A DNA stretch of 64,000 nucleotides from the human T2T-CHM13v2.0 reference genome, Homo sapiens: the NCBI RefSeq assembly GCF_009914755.1, contig NC_060930.1; one strand, given 5' to 3'. Below, one piece after another: positions 29,738 to 43,580 of this stretch. Within the stretch, counting starts at the first letter, position 1; each line of letters opens with the position of its first letter. Made by a program: the position numbers and the translations under genes. The notes under the pieces are model-generated. The model was not told the DNA's origin. It saw only the letters and a list, made by a program, of their open reading frames with translations, and ran no database searches.

Positions 29738-29835
29738 AATGAAACGCTTCACAAATTTGCGTGTCATTCTTGTACAGGGGCCATGTAATCTCTGTATCAT
29801 TCCAGTTTTAGTATACTTGCTGCCGAAGCAAGCAC
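29738..29835 (-). pseudogene. U6 snRNA processed pseudogene
   Basis: Minus strand reads GTGCTTGCTTCGGCAGCA...ATACAGAGA...GACACGCAAATTTGTGAAGCG followed by A15 (29737-29723). Confidence 0.93.
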
Positions 29836-29938
29836 TAATTCTCAAAGAGTTCATTTTCACATGGGTAATGAAAACCTTTTTCTGCTCCTTTACTATTAGC
29901 AATCATTCCTATTGCTTATTCTAAATTAAGCCTTTATT

Positions 29939-30095
29939 GGCCAGGCATAGTGGCTCACGCTATAATCCTAGCACTTTGGAAGGCCGAGGTGGAATAATCC
30001 CTTGAGCCTAGGAGTTTGAGACTAGCCTGGGCAACATAGTAAGACCCCGGTCTCCATAAATAATAAAAAATAAATTAAATATTTTAAAAATAAAA
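29939..30095 (+). mobile_element. Alu monomer (FLAM)
   Basis: TSD AAATTAAGCCTTT. Confidence 0.85.
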
Positions 30096-30208
30096 TAAAT
30101 TAAGCCTTTATTGATGGTTTTTTTCTATTAGAAATTAAGATTCACGTTGATTTTACCATTATTCCATTATATGTGAAGTATCTACAATGTCCTAACTCTT
30201 ATTAATAC

Positions 30209-30305
30209 CTTTTATCACCACAGCTTCATCAGTATAGAGGTAGTCCAAAATAACTTTTAATATATCAGAATGTATTGGCATTTCCAGAGCTGCACAACTG
30301 GAAGC
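30209..30305 (-). CDS. IBTK: IBTK exon 16 (97 nt)
   Basis: TAG|GCTTCC...AAAAG|GTATTA; ILKVILDYLYTD. Confidence 0.95.
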
Positions 30306-30761
30306 CTAAATAAAATAAGACAAAATAAAGTAAAATAATTCATTCTAAACAATAAAATATTACATTCTAATTTGGGTTATTGGTACAAAACACTCTGAAC
30401 AGGAAATCACATCAAATGCAAAACATAAAATTTACAAAACACATGGCTAAAATAATATTAAATTTAATTTTAAAACATAACATGAAAAAGGAACAAAAAA
30501 ATTCAGAAAACAAGAAACACAGTGGTGTTCCTAATACATTTCTAAATAATAACGGGGAAATTTTTATTTAAGTAGCTTCTTGGCAATAATTTTAAATTCT
30601 AAGTGTTGCTATTTTCCAGCAGCCTCAAGCATAAAGTTTAATATAAATGAAAAACTGAGCTAAAATATCCAGTTCTGATTTTGAATTTCTTTACTACATA
30701 CTTTGCACAAAATATAAAGAAACATAGTTACCAACCTAGGCGCTTTTTACTTAAATCTTAC

Positions 30762-30799
30762 CTCAATCCATGAGCTACTCAGCATACTATGAAAATATT
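30762..30799 (-). CDS. IBTK: IBTK exon 15 (38 nt)
   Basis: TAG|AATAT...GAG|GTAAGA; EYFHSMLSSSWIE; follows an 85-nt intron. Confidence 0.93.
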
Positions 30800-30884
30800 C
30801 TAAAAGAAAAAAAAGTTCAATGCAATAAGAATAGTGAAACAATACTACAGCAAATAAATCAGCAGCTTTAAAAAGTGCACCTAC

Positions 30885-30967
30885 CAAGTCTAGCACAAAG
30901 AACACATTTATGACAAGGAAATTCCTTTCCATCCACTGATTTCATGGTCACGTCACACAGAAATGAA
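30885..30967 (-). CDS. IBTK: IBTK exon 14 (83 nt), start of second BTB domain
   Basis: CAG|TTCATTT...CTTG|GTAGGT; CDVTMKSVDGKEFPCHKCVLCARL. Confidence 0.95.
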
Positions 30968-31381
30968 CTGCAAGAAAATGTTTAATTGAAGCAAGAGCAA
31001 TTTCTTTACATATTTAGTGAAAAAGATTATAGGATTTGGCTTAACTTTCAGTTTTCTCTTAAAGGTGGCAGAGAATAAATAACTTGCAGGAATACATACA
31101 ATAAAATACTTCATCTTTTTCCACCACAGGGAAGATAAGGGCCTTAGAGTAAAGACAATATTTGAAAAGGGAGCCGAATACAAATATTCAAAAAGTATTT
31201 TTCTGATTTTCCTTTTTTTTATTCCAGAAAAACTGTTAATAATATAATACTAAGTGATATCATATTTAAGTCTCTGTAATTCACTTATTTGTAGTAGCTA
31301 ATCTGGGCCAAGCACAGTTGAAACAACTCCACAGTTTATCCTTCTCCAAAACCTTTTCACTTACAGAGGAAGCATGAATAG

Positions 31382-31680
<299 letters not shown>

Positions 31681-32101
31681 CTAAAAACAAAACTTTTTAA
31701 CAATATATTTAGAATAGTATATTTATTACTAAGAATTTTTTATACTAAAGGCAATAATCATAACAATGATGAAGAGGTATAATTAATTGGTTTGGGGGCT
31801 AATAACATTTCCTAATTATAACAAGGCACAAAATTCAGGCAAGAAAAAATAAAAATTAAAAGTTCCACTCTCTATTAGAAAGTCATCGGAAAGAAAAAAC
31901 TCCTTTGATGTCTTCAGCAGTTAATATTTTATCAATTTACTTCAACAGCTCCCCAACATTTCCAGAAATGCAGAATACTAGAAAAGGTAAGAGGGTATCT
32001 ACCTATACATTTTGCTTCATATGTGGGTAAGCAGAGATCTATTTCCACACTTAAGTGCCAAAATCCAGACATGAAATGTTAATCTTCCTTTCCTTACTTA
32101 C

Positions 32102-32188
32102 CATTTTTTCTGACTTAGCTTCAGTTTATTACCAGTGTTCTTGGCAATAACATTAATTTTTTCATTTTCAAATCTGACTCCATCTAAC
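32102..32188 (-). CDS. IBTK: IBTK exon 13 (87 nt)
   Basis: TAG|GTTAGAT...AAATG|GTAAGT; LDGVRFENEKINVIAKNTGNKLKLSQKK. Confidence 0.93.
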
Positions 32189-32414
32189 CTATCAAGGATA
32201 GATAAAAATTAACAATTGATATTCCCCTACAAAAATAAACATACAACAAAAAATCCAACAAATTAGCTTACATCTAAATATAATACTGTATCCTAGAAAA
32301 GTATCTCAACAAACTCCTACTCTGAGATAAAGAAATATCATACTTTTTCTTCCATTTTAGTTAGAATTCAAAATAGATTAAACATTACTGACAAAAGACA
32401 AATCAAAGCCATAG

Positions 32415-32840
<426 letters not shown>

Positions 32841-33225
32841 TAATCTGATTCATAATATGATACTATGGTGTTAGGCAATTTACATATGACAAAACCATAT
32901 CAACAATATGAGGCAAATATTATCTTTCCCATTTCTTATATTGAGAAACTGAAGTAAGAAGGATCGCTTGAGCCCAGGAGTTCGAGAAACTGAGGTAAAA
33001 GAAAATTGTCCCAGCCAGGAATAGTAAAGCTAAGAGATATGTATGTCTAACTTGAAAGACCTTTCCAGCATACCACATTGCCTGCCACTCCAGATCCCTG
33101 TTACATACACAAACCAGAGTTCAAACCCACCAACAGCTTTCCTATCCATTAATGTAATCCAAGAAGTCCCAGAGATAGCTCTGCCCGCAAATGGAGGAAA
33201 GACATATCCATGTACCTCCCCAAAA

Positions 33226-33350
33226 AAAGGATGGGTAGGGAGAAAGGGAGAGAGAGGAAGAGGAGGGGAAGGAGAAAGAGAAGGGGATGGAACAAGTGGG
33301 AGGAGACTTGGGGAGGGGAAAGAAAAGCAAAGCAAGGCAAAAAGGGTGGG
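33226..33350 (+). repeat. GA-rich low-complexity tract
   Basis: Almost purely purine on the + strand. Confidence 0.7.
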
Positions 33351-33351
33351 A

Positions 33352-33553
<202 letters not shown>

Positions 33554-33621
33554 AAGGGTGGGAAATTTTTTAAAGGAGGACTGAATGAGGTACAGGAACA
33601 GATATAAAAGAGAAATCATAC

Positions 33622-34224
33622 CTACTACTCAAATTACTGAAGTCGAATTTCTTTGCAACAGTTTGCAACATTCTTACAGGATCATCTTCCCTAATATTTT
33701 TTCCTTTTTTACAAGATTTAGGTTTGCTCTTCTGCCTCTCACTAACTGTTTGAGCTTGATTACTTTTGTAAACTTCAAATGCAGACTTCTGGTTATCATC
33801 TTCATGGAAATTCACTTTATTCAAATGAGAATTCAGAGTTCCCTGATATTCTTCTGGGTTTTTGTTTAAGTGTATTCTTGGTTTGAAGCCATGAGTTAAA
33901 AAGTCACAAGTATCTGTGTATATAAATTGTAAAAGGTATTCAAACATGTCAGGATGAACCTTCTCTACCACAAAGAGATGGCACCCTGCAGAATCTTCAT
34001 CTTTCTGGTAAATATCTGTAAATTCTGAAGTATTACCATCTGAAAGAAACAATTTCTGAAAAAAATCAGAATGCACTGCCAAAATATATTTATGTGCAGG
34101 GAAGAGTCTATTGCCAACTTGAAATGTCACATCATGAATGCTGTCCATTTCATCTGCTTCCCTCAACAGTTTGCCAAACTCTTCAAAAAAGGATGATGAG
34201 GACACAGCTGGAATTTCATAAAGG
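33622..34224 (-). CDS. IBTK: IBTK exon 12 (603 nt), first BTB domain
   Basis: TAG|CCTTTAT...AGTAG|GTATGA; DVTFQVGNRLFPAHKYILAVHSDFF...FEYLLQFIYTD. Confidence 0.97.
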
Positions 34225-34545
34225 CTAGAAAGAAGACAAAAACAAATTATGCTTCAAAAAATATGAAGGAAATCCTTTTTCATACCTAGCCAATTCTCCT
34301 TTAAAATGCAATTTTTTTAACAATATTTAGAAAATTTTAAATTTGGCATTTCCTAAAATACAAGAATATTGCACAAAGTCCTAGATGCTATATCATCCTT
34401 TAATTTTTTTCTATTCCTTTTTATATTTATATTCTATTCTTCTCTCAAATTAAAATGATAAGAACTAAGTTGTCCGTATCCCTGGTTCTTACAGTACTGT
34501 GGGAATGCAATTACACCTTCCCAACCAACATTTCACCCTTCTCAG

Positions 34546-34657
34546 TAGGAAGACCAACCCTCCTGTGGTTTGCCTTGGACTGACGAGTTTCTCAGATGAG
34601 ACTTTCAATGTTAAAACTGGGGCAGGCCTGGGCAAACCAGGATGGATGATGACCCTA
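34546..34657. mobile_element. MER81-like hAT-Blackjack MITE
   Basis: Degenerate TAGGGTGACCA-type ends with internal GGTTTGCC/GGCAAACC inverted repeats. Confidence 0.65.
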
Positions 34658-34898
34658 CTTGCAGAATTTCCTCCCTCTTCAACAGTACCCTTGATGTTTA
34701 TCTTAATCTGATACCTCTCTGCTTATGTGACTTAGGAGATTTGCATTGCGATTTACAGATGGCGCCACAACACTTATTTTGCCAATTCTCATCATATTCA
34801 AGGGTCAGAAATCTTTGCAAACTGCCTAAGAAATATTTATAATACATTTTTCAGAATCTGAGAACCCAGGGTACATCATACAGTATGAAAGACAAATA

Positions 34899-35195
34899 AG
34901 GCAGGGTGCGGTGGCTCATGCCTGTAATCCTAGCACTTTGGGAGGCCGAGGCTGGCGGATCACCTGAGGTCAGGTGGTCAAGACCAGCCTGGCCAACAGG
35001 GCAAAACCCCATCTCTACTAAAAATACAAAAATTAGCTGGGTGTGGTGGCGGGCACCTGTAATCCCAACTACTTGGGAGGCTGAGGCAAGAGAACTGCTT
35101 CATCCTGGGAGGTGGAGGTTAGAGTGAGCCGAGATTTTGCCACTTAGCCTGGGCAATAGAGCAAGACTCCATCTCAAAAAAAAAAAAAAAAAAAA
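34899..35195 (+). mobile_element. Alu
   Basis: Dimer; TSD GAAAGACAA. Confidence 0.92.
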
Positions 35196-35470
35196 GAAAG
35201 ACAATAAACTTTGTGAGTGCATGTATAGATATTTTCAATATTTTCAATAAATGTCAGTTTATAAACCAAAGGAAACATTCATCACTCCAAGTATAACAAA
35301 TTCTACCTCTGGATTATCTGTAGACATAATCTGTAAACATGATTATGTCTAAGGTCTCTATAGGTCTTGGCAACAGCTCTTCAATTAAATTTGCACCAGC
35401 AGCTACTGAAAACAAGAAAATTCAGTGATTGTTCCTTCTAAAAAATGAAATTTAATATATACAAGTATAC

Positions 35471-35645
35471 CTTGTTTTAGGATCTGACTGCAGGATTGCA
35501 AAGTTGCATCCACTTGGATCTGTGCTGACACTAACAGCTCTATGTGCAAAGGTAAGTTTCTCAAGTCGAATTCTTTCATACACACTATTTATATCAGAGA
35601 CATAAGACACATCTGATGAGGAATTGTGAAGGTTTGATAAAATCT
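35471..35645 (-). CDS. IBTK: IBTK exon 11 (175 nt)
   Basis: CAG|AGATT...ACAAG|GTATAC; ILSNLHNSS...LQSDPKT. Confidence 0.94.
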
Positions 35646-37354
35646 CTGTTAAAAAAAAATAAACTACCATTAATCAAGGCTTTACTGAAACTACTAAAAT
35701 GATTGAGAAGTAAATGGAATAGAAAAGGAGTTAGAAAAATATGGAAATCTTTTTCACATATATTCAGTGTTTTTGAAGAACTACATCCTCTCTTCAACAC
35801 ATTTTCCACTGAATATATTGGCTGTATTATACAGGAAATTTTTGGTGGATGGATTCTCAATTATCCATGATTCCATCTCTTTCAACAAACACATCCTCCA
35901 TACTGCAACCAAAGTTCCCTTTCTAAAAAGCAAATCTAGTGTCATACTAGCTTTTAAAACTTTTCAACTTATACTTCCTGTTGCCCAAAGGGAAAAAAAT
36001 TCTTCAACTTGGATTAAAAATATATAAATCTACTGTCTTCATAATCTGCTTGTTTATTTGCTTCCTCCCTTTCTCTTCCCCCTTTCTTGCATGTATTCAG
36101 AAAATATGTGCGTAACCAAACTGGGCTACTATGATATCATCAGTCTGGTGATATAGTAGTGAAGAAGACAGACATGTGCCTGCTCTCCTCGAGTACACAA
36201 TCTAGCAGGGAAGACAGACATTACACAAATGATTATATCATTACAAGTAAAATCAAGGCTATGAAGGTAAAGGATATAGTGCTTCCACAAAGATATGAAA
36301 TTTACATGAATGAAATGATTCTGGTTGTAGTGTGAAGAATGTTTAAGGTAAACAAAGAATAGATAAAAAGAGGCCATTTAAGGAATTACTGTAAATCCAG
36401 GAAAAGAATTAAAAGATGATATAGACTAGGTTGTAGCAATGAATCTGGAAAAAAGTGGAAAGATATAAGAAACATTTGAGAAAGAGAACAAAACTTGATG
36501 ACTGATTAATTCTAGTGTAAGGGAATCTGAGTGTCAAAGATAATAATTTACAGAAATAGAAAACACTGAGAAGCAGAAGTTAGAGCATGAAATCATGAAT
36601 TCAGTTTCAGATCACTAAATATGACTAAGACACACTTCTAAAGACTTCCATAAGTTGAACCTACGTTCTAGTTACTCCCACAAATTAACTCTATTTTAGT
36701 CTTATGAGGCTTTACTAATCTTCTCTGACACTCAGTCATTCCAATTTCTATGCTCTCAAGAAACTTATTATGTGGATATTAACATTAGTCTCAGTGAACT
36801 GCAAATATTTACATACATGTCTATTGCCCCTACAAGCCTATGAGTGCCTCAGTATAGAGGCCCATTTTATATATTCTTGCATCTTTAAAACTTTCCCCTA
36901 TATCTGGCACATAGTAAATATATATTAAATGTTTACAGACTTGAATAATCTATAAAGAAATAAAAGAAATACAAGTAAATCATTAAATTTTACAAAAGTC
37001 ATTTATCTGTGGCTTTATGATTTTGAAGAATACGTTTATAATTTTCTGAGTAATTATAAACATTCTTGATTTTGTTCTGGCACACAATAACTGAGTTATT
37101 CATACAACAGGTGATTTAATGAGTGACTACAATGCGCCAGGAAATATGCCAAAGGCTAAGGATATAGACGAATATTCATGGCCCTTGCCATCACTAACCT
37201 TACACTCTAATAGGAAACAGGCATTAAAAAACTAATCACAAAGATAAATACATAAAAGTAAAACCTAATAACACTTGTCAGTTGAACCTAATACTTGTCA
37301 AATTAAAGGATAATTGAAAGGTACTTTTACGTATTGTTCAATATATGAACTGAC

Positions 37355-37532
37355 CTTTCTTTTCAGAACTCTTTCTTTTCTCTTCAAACCATCTCCCTCT
37401 AAATCCTTCTCCATCTTGCGTAACAAATAGAATTTCATTTCTATTTAAAGCAATATCAGAAATGAAGACCTGACGTGGATAGGCCCATCGACACTGCTTC
37501 AGAGAACTGTTGACTGATCTCCAGCAAAACAC
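37355..37532 (-). CDS. IBTK: IBTK exon 10 (178 nt)
   Basis: TAG|GTGTTT...AAAG|GTCAGT; VFCWRSVNSS...RKSSEKK. Confidence 0.95.
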
Positions 37533-38509
37533 CTAAAACAAAACCAAATCACATTGAAATATAAAGCAAGTAGCATTTGAACAACCAAAACCTTAAATCA
37601 AGATATCAAGAGACAATGCTGTTAAAATAAAAGCTCTCATTAGTATGTTTCAATGTTTATTCTTCCACAGAAAAAGATAGCTACTATAAGAAAAATCAAG
37701 ATGATTTTAAAGAAATATCTTTCAGAAAAGTATATTAAGCAAGCCTGAAGCATTAGAAATTATTTCAAAGGCACTCCTCTTAAGAAGTAGCAATTTCCAG
37801 TATTACCTGTTTAGGGCAAACAGATGTGCTACAATGCTAAAGAAAAACAAAATCTTAAAGCTACAACTTACAAGTCAGGCTTCTTGTAGTACTATCTCTT
37901 TACAAGAAGAATGAGCCCCCTATGAAAATCCAAACTTTACTCTCAAGAAAAAAGTAAATGTATGCATAACTCAATTATATAACTAAAACAAAATCTTAGA
38001 AAAGTCATTACAGAATTCAATGGTTGTAAATGGTTCTGCAAACCTCAGAGTCCCTGAAAAGTAGCTCCAGGGGACTTGCTAAGGGATGGAGAATGATGAG
38101 AGATGGGGTGTCAGGCTTCCCAATCCACAGTAGCAATTGTTTTATCTGTTTCATATACCGGTATTCCAAGCACAATTTCATTTGAAAAATTGGAACTGCT
38201 GATTTTTAAAAGTCCAATTCCCTCATAATCAAGTTAAGAAAACTAGAACACAAAATGGTTATCTGACAAGGTCGCTAAAAAGTTATTCACACAAAAAGAC
38301 TATACTGATTGAGACTGACTGATGCTTTCAGAGCTTGGTTTTCTTAATGAGACTCTATTTTGCAGGAAGTAAATATCCAGAAGTATAAGCTATATCCATT
38401 TCAATGTAAGTGATACACATCCCAAAATCAAATATAAGTTTTTATACTCAACTCTTTTATGTAACCCCATTTGTTTCCTTCCACTAGTACAAACTGGAGC
38501 TCTAATTCT

Positions 38510-38662
38510 TTTTTTTTTTCCTTCAACTTTTAAGTTCAGGGGTACATGTGCAGGATGTGTAGGTTTGTTACATAGGTAAACGTGTGCCATGGTGGTTTCC
38601 TGCACAGAGCATCACATCACCCAAGTATTACGCCCACCATCCAACAGCTATTCTTCCTGATG
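38510..38662 (-). mobile_element. L1PA 3' end fragment
   Basis: TTTTAAGTTCAGGGGTACATGTGCAGGATGTGTAGGTTTGTTACATAGG; flanked by GAGCTCTAAT repeats. Confidence 0.85.
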
Positions 38663-39322
38663 TAGAGCTCTAATATTTAAACCTAGTTACTACTATTAAA
38701 ATCATCTTCATTCTCCATCCCTACAATATATGCCTATAATGACCCAGTATGTGGAGCTTTATGATTAATTCCTCAATTTCTAAAATGTCAAACTTTACAG
38801 CACATTATAAACCTCGGAAAACATTATTTTAATTTGATAAGTAAAACCAGAAAGTTATCTGTGTTCTTCTACCCATACTGTGTGTTTTTCAGTATCATTA
38901 GTGTATGATATATACCTTTAAATATAATTTTTAAAATCTAAATATATTATTTAGAGATGGCTCCCACCCTCCCACCCCTCAAAAACAATTTAGAGATGTA
39001 TTTTATATAATATATAAATACATTAATTGAAGCATATATTTCAGAAAATAATCTTTTTAAATATTTTAAATTAATAATTTTATTAGAGAAATGTACTGAT
39101 ATGTTTGCATAAGGAACTAAAATTAGAACTTTTTATTTAAGAGATAAGAAATTCCTTATACACTAGTGATCCGGAAATATTTCATATATAATGTGGATAG
39201 TTATAATGTATACATATATTATAATGCATACATTTGTATAAAACTAAATATGGAAAAAAATTTCCAACTATGCACCAAATTTATCATATTGCCTGATCTT
39301 TACTTTTTTAACAGTTACATGA

Positions 39323-39622
39323 GGCCAGGCGCAGTGGCTCATGCCTGTAATCCCAGTACTTTGTGGGGCTGAGGAGGGCAGATCACTTGAGGCCAGGAGT
39401 TTGAGACCAGCCTGGCTAACATGGCGAAACCCCGTCTCTACTAAAAATACAAAAATAAGCCAGGCGTAGTGGCACATGCTTGTAATCCCTGCTACTCAGG
39501 AGGCTGAGACATGAGAATCGCCTGAACCCAGGAGGTGGAGGTTGCAATGAGCCGACATCATGACACTGTACTCTAGCCTGGCCAATAGAGCGAGACTGTC
39601 TCAAAAAAAATAAATAAATAAA
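39323..39622 (+). mobile_element. Alu
   Basis: Dimer; TSD AGTTACAT. Confidence 0.92.
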
Positions 39623-39984
39623 ATTATAGTTACATTACATATCTTATATTTACGCAATTCAGTGTCATTTATCAGTATTCAGTGTATACACCAAATAACA
39701 TCAAAATCTCTTTTCATTTTAAGCACAATAAAATTTTTGATTACAGTTTAACAAATCAGTATTGTGCAACATTAGATTAAATGCTGTCTGTCATACTTTC
39801 TCTAAATCCCACCTCCATACTAATTAGTAATGGATGTCTAAAACATACTTATTTTGGCACCCAATACTAATCATCAAAGTCAATAGGAATTGTCACTAAC
39901 ATAGCAATACATTTTCATGTTACCAGGTCTGCTACAGCTATCAACTGAGAGTAAGATTACACTTTTACATAAACATGTACTTAC

Positions 39985-40108
39985 CCTTCCAGCTCCATCC
40001 ATTGCAAGAATGCAAATTTTTTGACCCCCATTTTCTTTCAAATGTTCAGGATCAACCTTGTATTCCATATGACCCCCAGACACAAGAACTTTTTTCAAGT
40101 TCAACTGT
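39985..40108 (-). CDS. IBTK: IBTK exon 9 (124 nt)
   Basis: TAG|ACAGTTG...AGG|GTAAGT; QLNLKKVLVSGGH...MDGAGR. Confidence 0.94.
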
Positions 40109-40330
40109 CTAGATGAAAAAAAAAAAAATCCTAGATTAATATGTTCTCTAAACTACACATGCCTAAACTTCAAAGAAGTTAGTATTCAAACAACAATCTA
40201 TAGGCAATTATTGTGAAGGTGAAGTAAAATGATTTGGTCTTTGGTATCTCTAGCCTTCCATTCTGTAAATTTCCCCTACAAGGGGGCTGTTCCTTTCTAT
40301 GTCAAGTCTTTTTCTCTTAAATGACTTTAC

Positions 40331-40332
<2 letters not shown>

Positions 40333-40375
<43 letters not shown>
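40333..40375 (+). repeat. (AC)21 microsatellite
   Basis: Read directly. Confidence 0.95.
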
Positions 40376-40376
<1 letters not shown>

Positions 40377-40426
40377 TAAATGCCTGAAGTTCCACCTGCT
40401 AATTCAAACATTCACTCTGGAGTTTA

Positions 40427-40756
<330 letters not shown>

Positions 40757-41278
40757 CTATAAGCTCCTAAGTGCATCTCTATTTTAACAGAAAAGACAAA
40801 TTTTAAACCTCAAAATTAAATAGAAATGCTTAATTTAAAAAATGGCTAATCCTAAACAGATATTGCTACCATGAAAATCATCTGTACTGCTATTCAGTAA
40901 CTCATTCATTAGCTACACATTTCATTATATCTGCACATTTGATGTGCATAGCATTATGTGAAATCTGCCTGCTGCTACTCCAATGACTGTCCTCCCTTTT
41001 AAATTAAAGGAAAAAAAAATTTTCAAAATTACTATATTGTATAACTTAATCTGTAACAAAATAATTTCCTTAATGTACTCTTGGATATAACATATTTATG
41101 TGATTTAATGTTATATAGGCAAGTTTTATAAATGTTAACTAAAAATACAACTCAACATCTTACATATCACCTCAAACTCAGGAAAAAACCTATTTAGTCA
41201 GTTTTAAGAAACATATTCACATTTTCATGTTTCTATCACTAAAATATAACCTAAAATTGAAGTCAAAAGTAACTTTCT

Positions 41279-41581
41279 GCCAGGTGCAGTGGCTCACGCC
41301 TGTAATCCAAGCATTTTGGGAGGCCAAGGTGGGCGAATCACCTGAGGTCAGGAGTTCGAGACCAACCTGGCCAAAATGGAGAAACCCCATCTCTACTAAA
41401 AATACAAAAAAAATTAGCTGGGCATGATGGCAGATGCCTGTAATTCCAGCTAATCGGGAGGCTGAGGCAGAAGAATTGCTTGAAAACCTGGGAGGCGGGG
41501 GTTGCAGTGAGCATAGGTCACATCACTGTACTTCAGCCTGGGCAACAGAGCAAGACAATGTCTCAAAAAAAAAAAAAAAAA
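41279..41581 (+). mobile_element. Alu
   Basis: Dimer with A tail. Confidence 0.92.
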
Positions 41582-42176
41582 GTAATTGTTACTCAAAGAA
41601 GGTAAGTTTTTACAAATTGATAGACATTTTCTGCTCATGAGTAACTTCATGGATGGTACCTGTTTTACATTATCAAAAGCATTTTGTTGCATTTAAATTT
41701 AAATCCCCAATTGTTTTAAAAGTTAGATAGCTATTCTCCAGAATTCCTGTACACAACTGCTCCCACTAGTTGAGCTATCCACTTTCAAGAATCATTTATA
41801 TTTGTACAATGACCTATTTAAGTACTTGTATTTTTTTAAACTAATAATGTATATATTTATAATGAATTTATCACAGTAAAATACTATATAAATGGTAACA
41901 TATTAGTCTGAAACCTGTCTATAGAAGTTGAATACTTTGGAATGGCACAATAAATATGAGCAGCAAAAAACTGTCAAACTAATTAATCAATTATAAAAGA
42001 TTCAAAATGTATTAAAAATGTACAATTCTGCACTTACATTACTTCACAATTGTTTTTAAGCACTGGTTCCTTAAATCATTCAAAATGAAATGACAGGTGA
42101 CACATTATGAGTATGGTTTATATGAAAACACAGGGAATTCCAGTTGGTGCACCCACCCATACTTAAAACTTTATGA

Positions 42177-42310
42177 AGCTGGGCGCAGTGGCTCACATCT
42201 GTAATCCCAGCACTTTGGGAGGCTGAGACAGGAGGGACGCTTGAACCCAGGAGTTCAAGACTAGCCTGGGCTACAGAGCAAGAACCTGTCTCAATTAAAA
42301 AAAAAAAAAC
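42177..42310 (+). mobile_element. Alu monomer (FLAM)
   Basis: TSD AAAACTTTATGA. Confidence 0.85.
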
Positions 42311-42834
42311 AAAAACTTTATGATTCTTTGCTTTGACTTGACTAGTCAACCAACTGCTACTTTACTGCATTCTATAATAACATGTTTTTTTAAAAAATAT
42401 ACTTATCAGTTATAAACACTAAGCCTGGTTAGAGGGCTCATGATATATGATTATATTCTAAAGATAAATAAATGTATAATGTAAAAAAGGCTATACAGGA
42501 ACCAATGATGAGAGTGTCACGAATCAAGAATTATGATTAATCTATTTCTGTGCACCTAAAATACAAAAAAAGAAAAAAATATATAGCTCATATTTAACTA
42601 CATATTAAACATAATTCAGAAATACCACTTTACAATTTACACAGAAATTTTATATATATTCACTGGATCCATGCCAAAAGACAAAAATCAAAGACAAAAA
42701 TTCCTGATGTTTTTCCTCATTCAATTTTTTCCATTTGACATTTATAGAACATAGCATAAAGCTAACACTCAGATATTTGCTGGAAGAGTTGAATTATTAT
42801 TAAAATTACGTTTCTTTCACAGAAATACACATAC

Positions 42835-43015
42835 TTAGAAGCCATCTTCTTGCACTGATAGTCTGCAAGTAAGTAAATATCTCCCCTTGTGGTAACACAG
42901 ACTGTAGCTCCATCACTTGCAGCAACCAAAGACAGAGCAATGTCTTTATGGTGAAGGGCAGAGACCTGACGAGGAGCAGTTACACACTTTTCTCCATTGG
43001 GATCTAGCAAACAAC
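42835..43015 (-). CDS. IBTK: IBTK exon 8 (181 nt)
   Basis: TAG|GTTGT...TCTAA|GTATGT; matches ORF 42762-43031. Confidence 0.95.
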
Positions 43016-43043
43016 CTAAAAAATGATACAAATAAGCAAATCA

Positions 43044-43360
<317 letters not shown>

Positions 43361-43462
43361 ATCACTCATAATCTCATTCTAATCAATAAAAATTAAAAAG
43401 AAAAGATAATTTTTTAAAGAGTCCAATTTAATTTCCAGATATTGTCATTAAGGATTTCTTAC

Positions 43463-43580
43463 CCAGTTGTCCACCATTTAGTCCCATAGTGTAAACAGCT
43501 TCTCTAGTCCATAGGACTGTATGAAACCTGCCTGCTGCAACGCCAATGATTGTCCTTCCTTTCAGATATTTTGCCTGTAT
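43463..43580 (-). CDS. IBTK: IBTK exon 7 (118 nt), RCC1 repeat
   Basis: TAG|ATACAG...CTGG|GTAAGA; VAAGRFHTVLWTREAVYTMGLNGGQL. Confidence 0.95.

Noticed and set aside
31285-31381. Exon-like segment in intron 13, faintly reminiscent of exon 14 (possible mutually exclusive exon)
   Set aside because: Similarity too weak, early stop in phase, weak donor; the acceptor lies in an Alu target-site duplication
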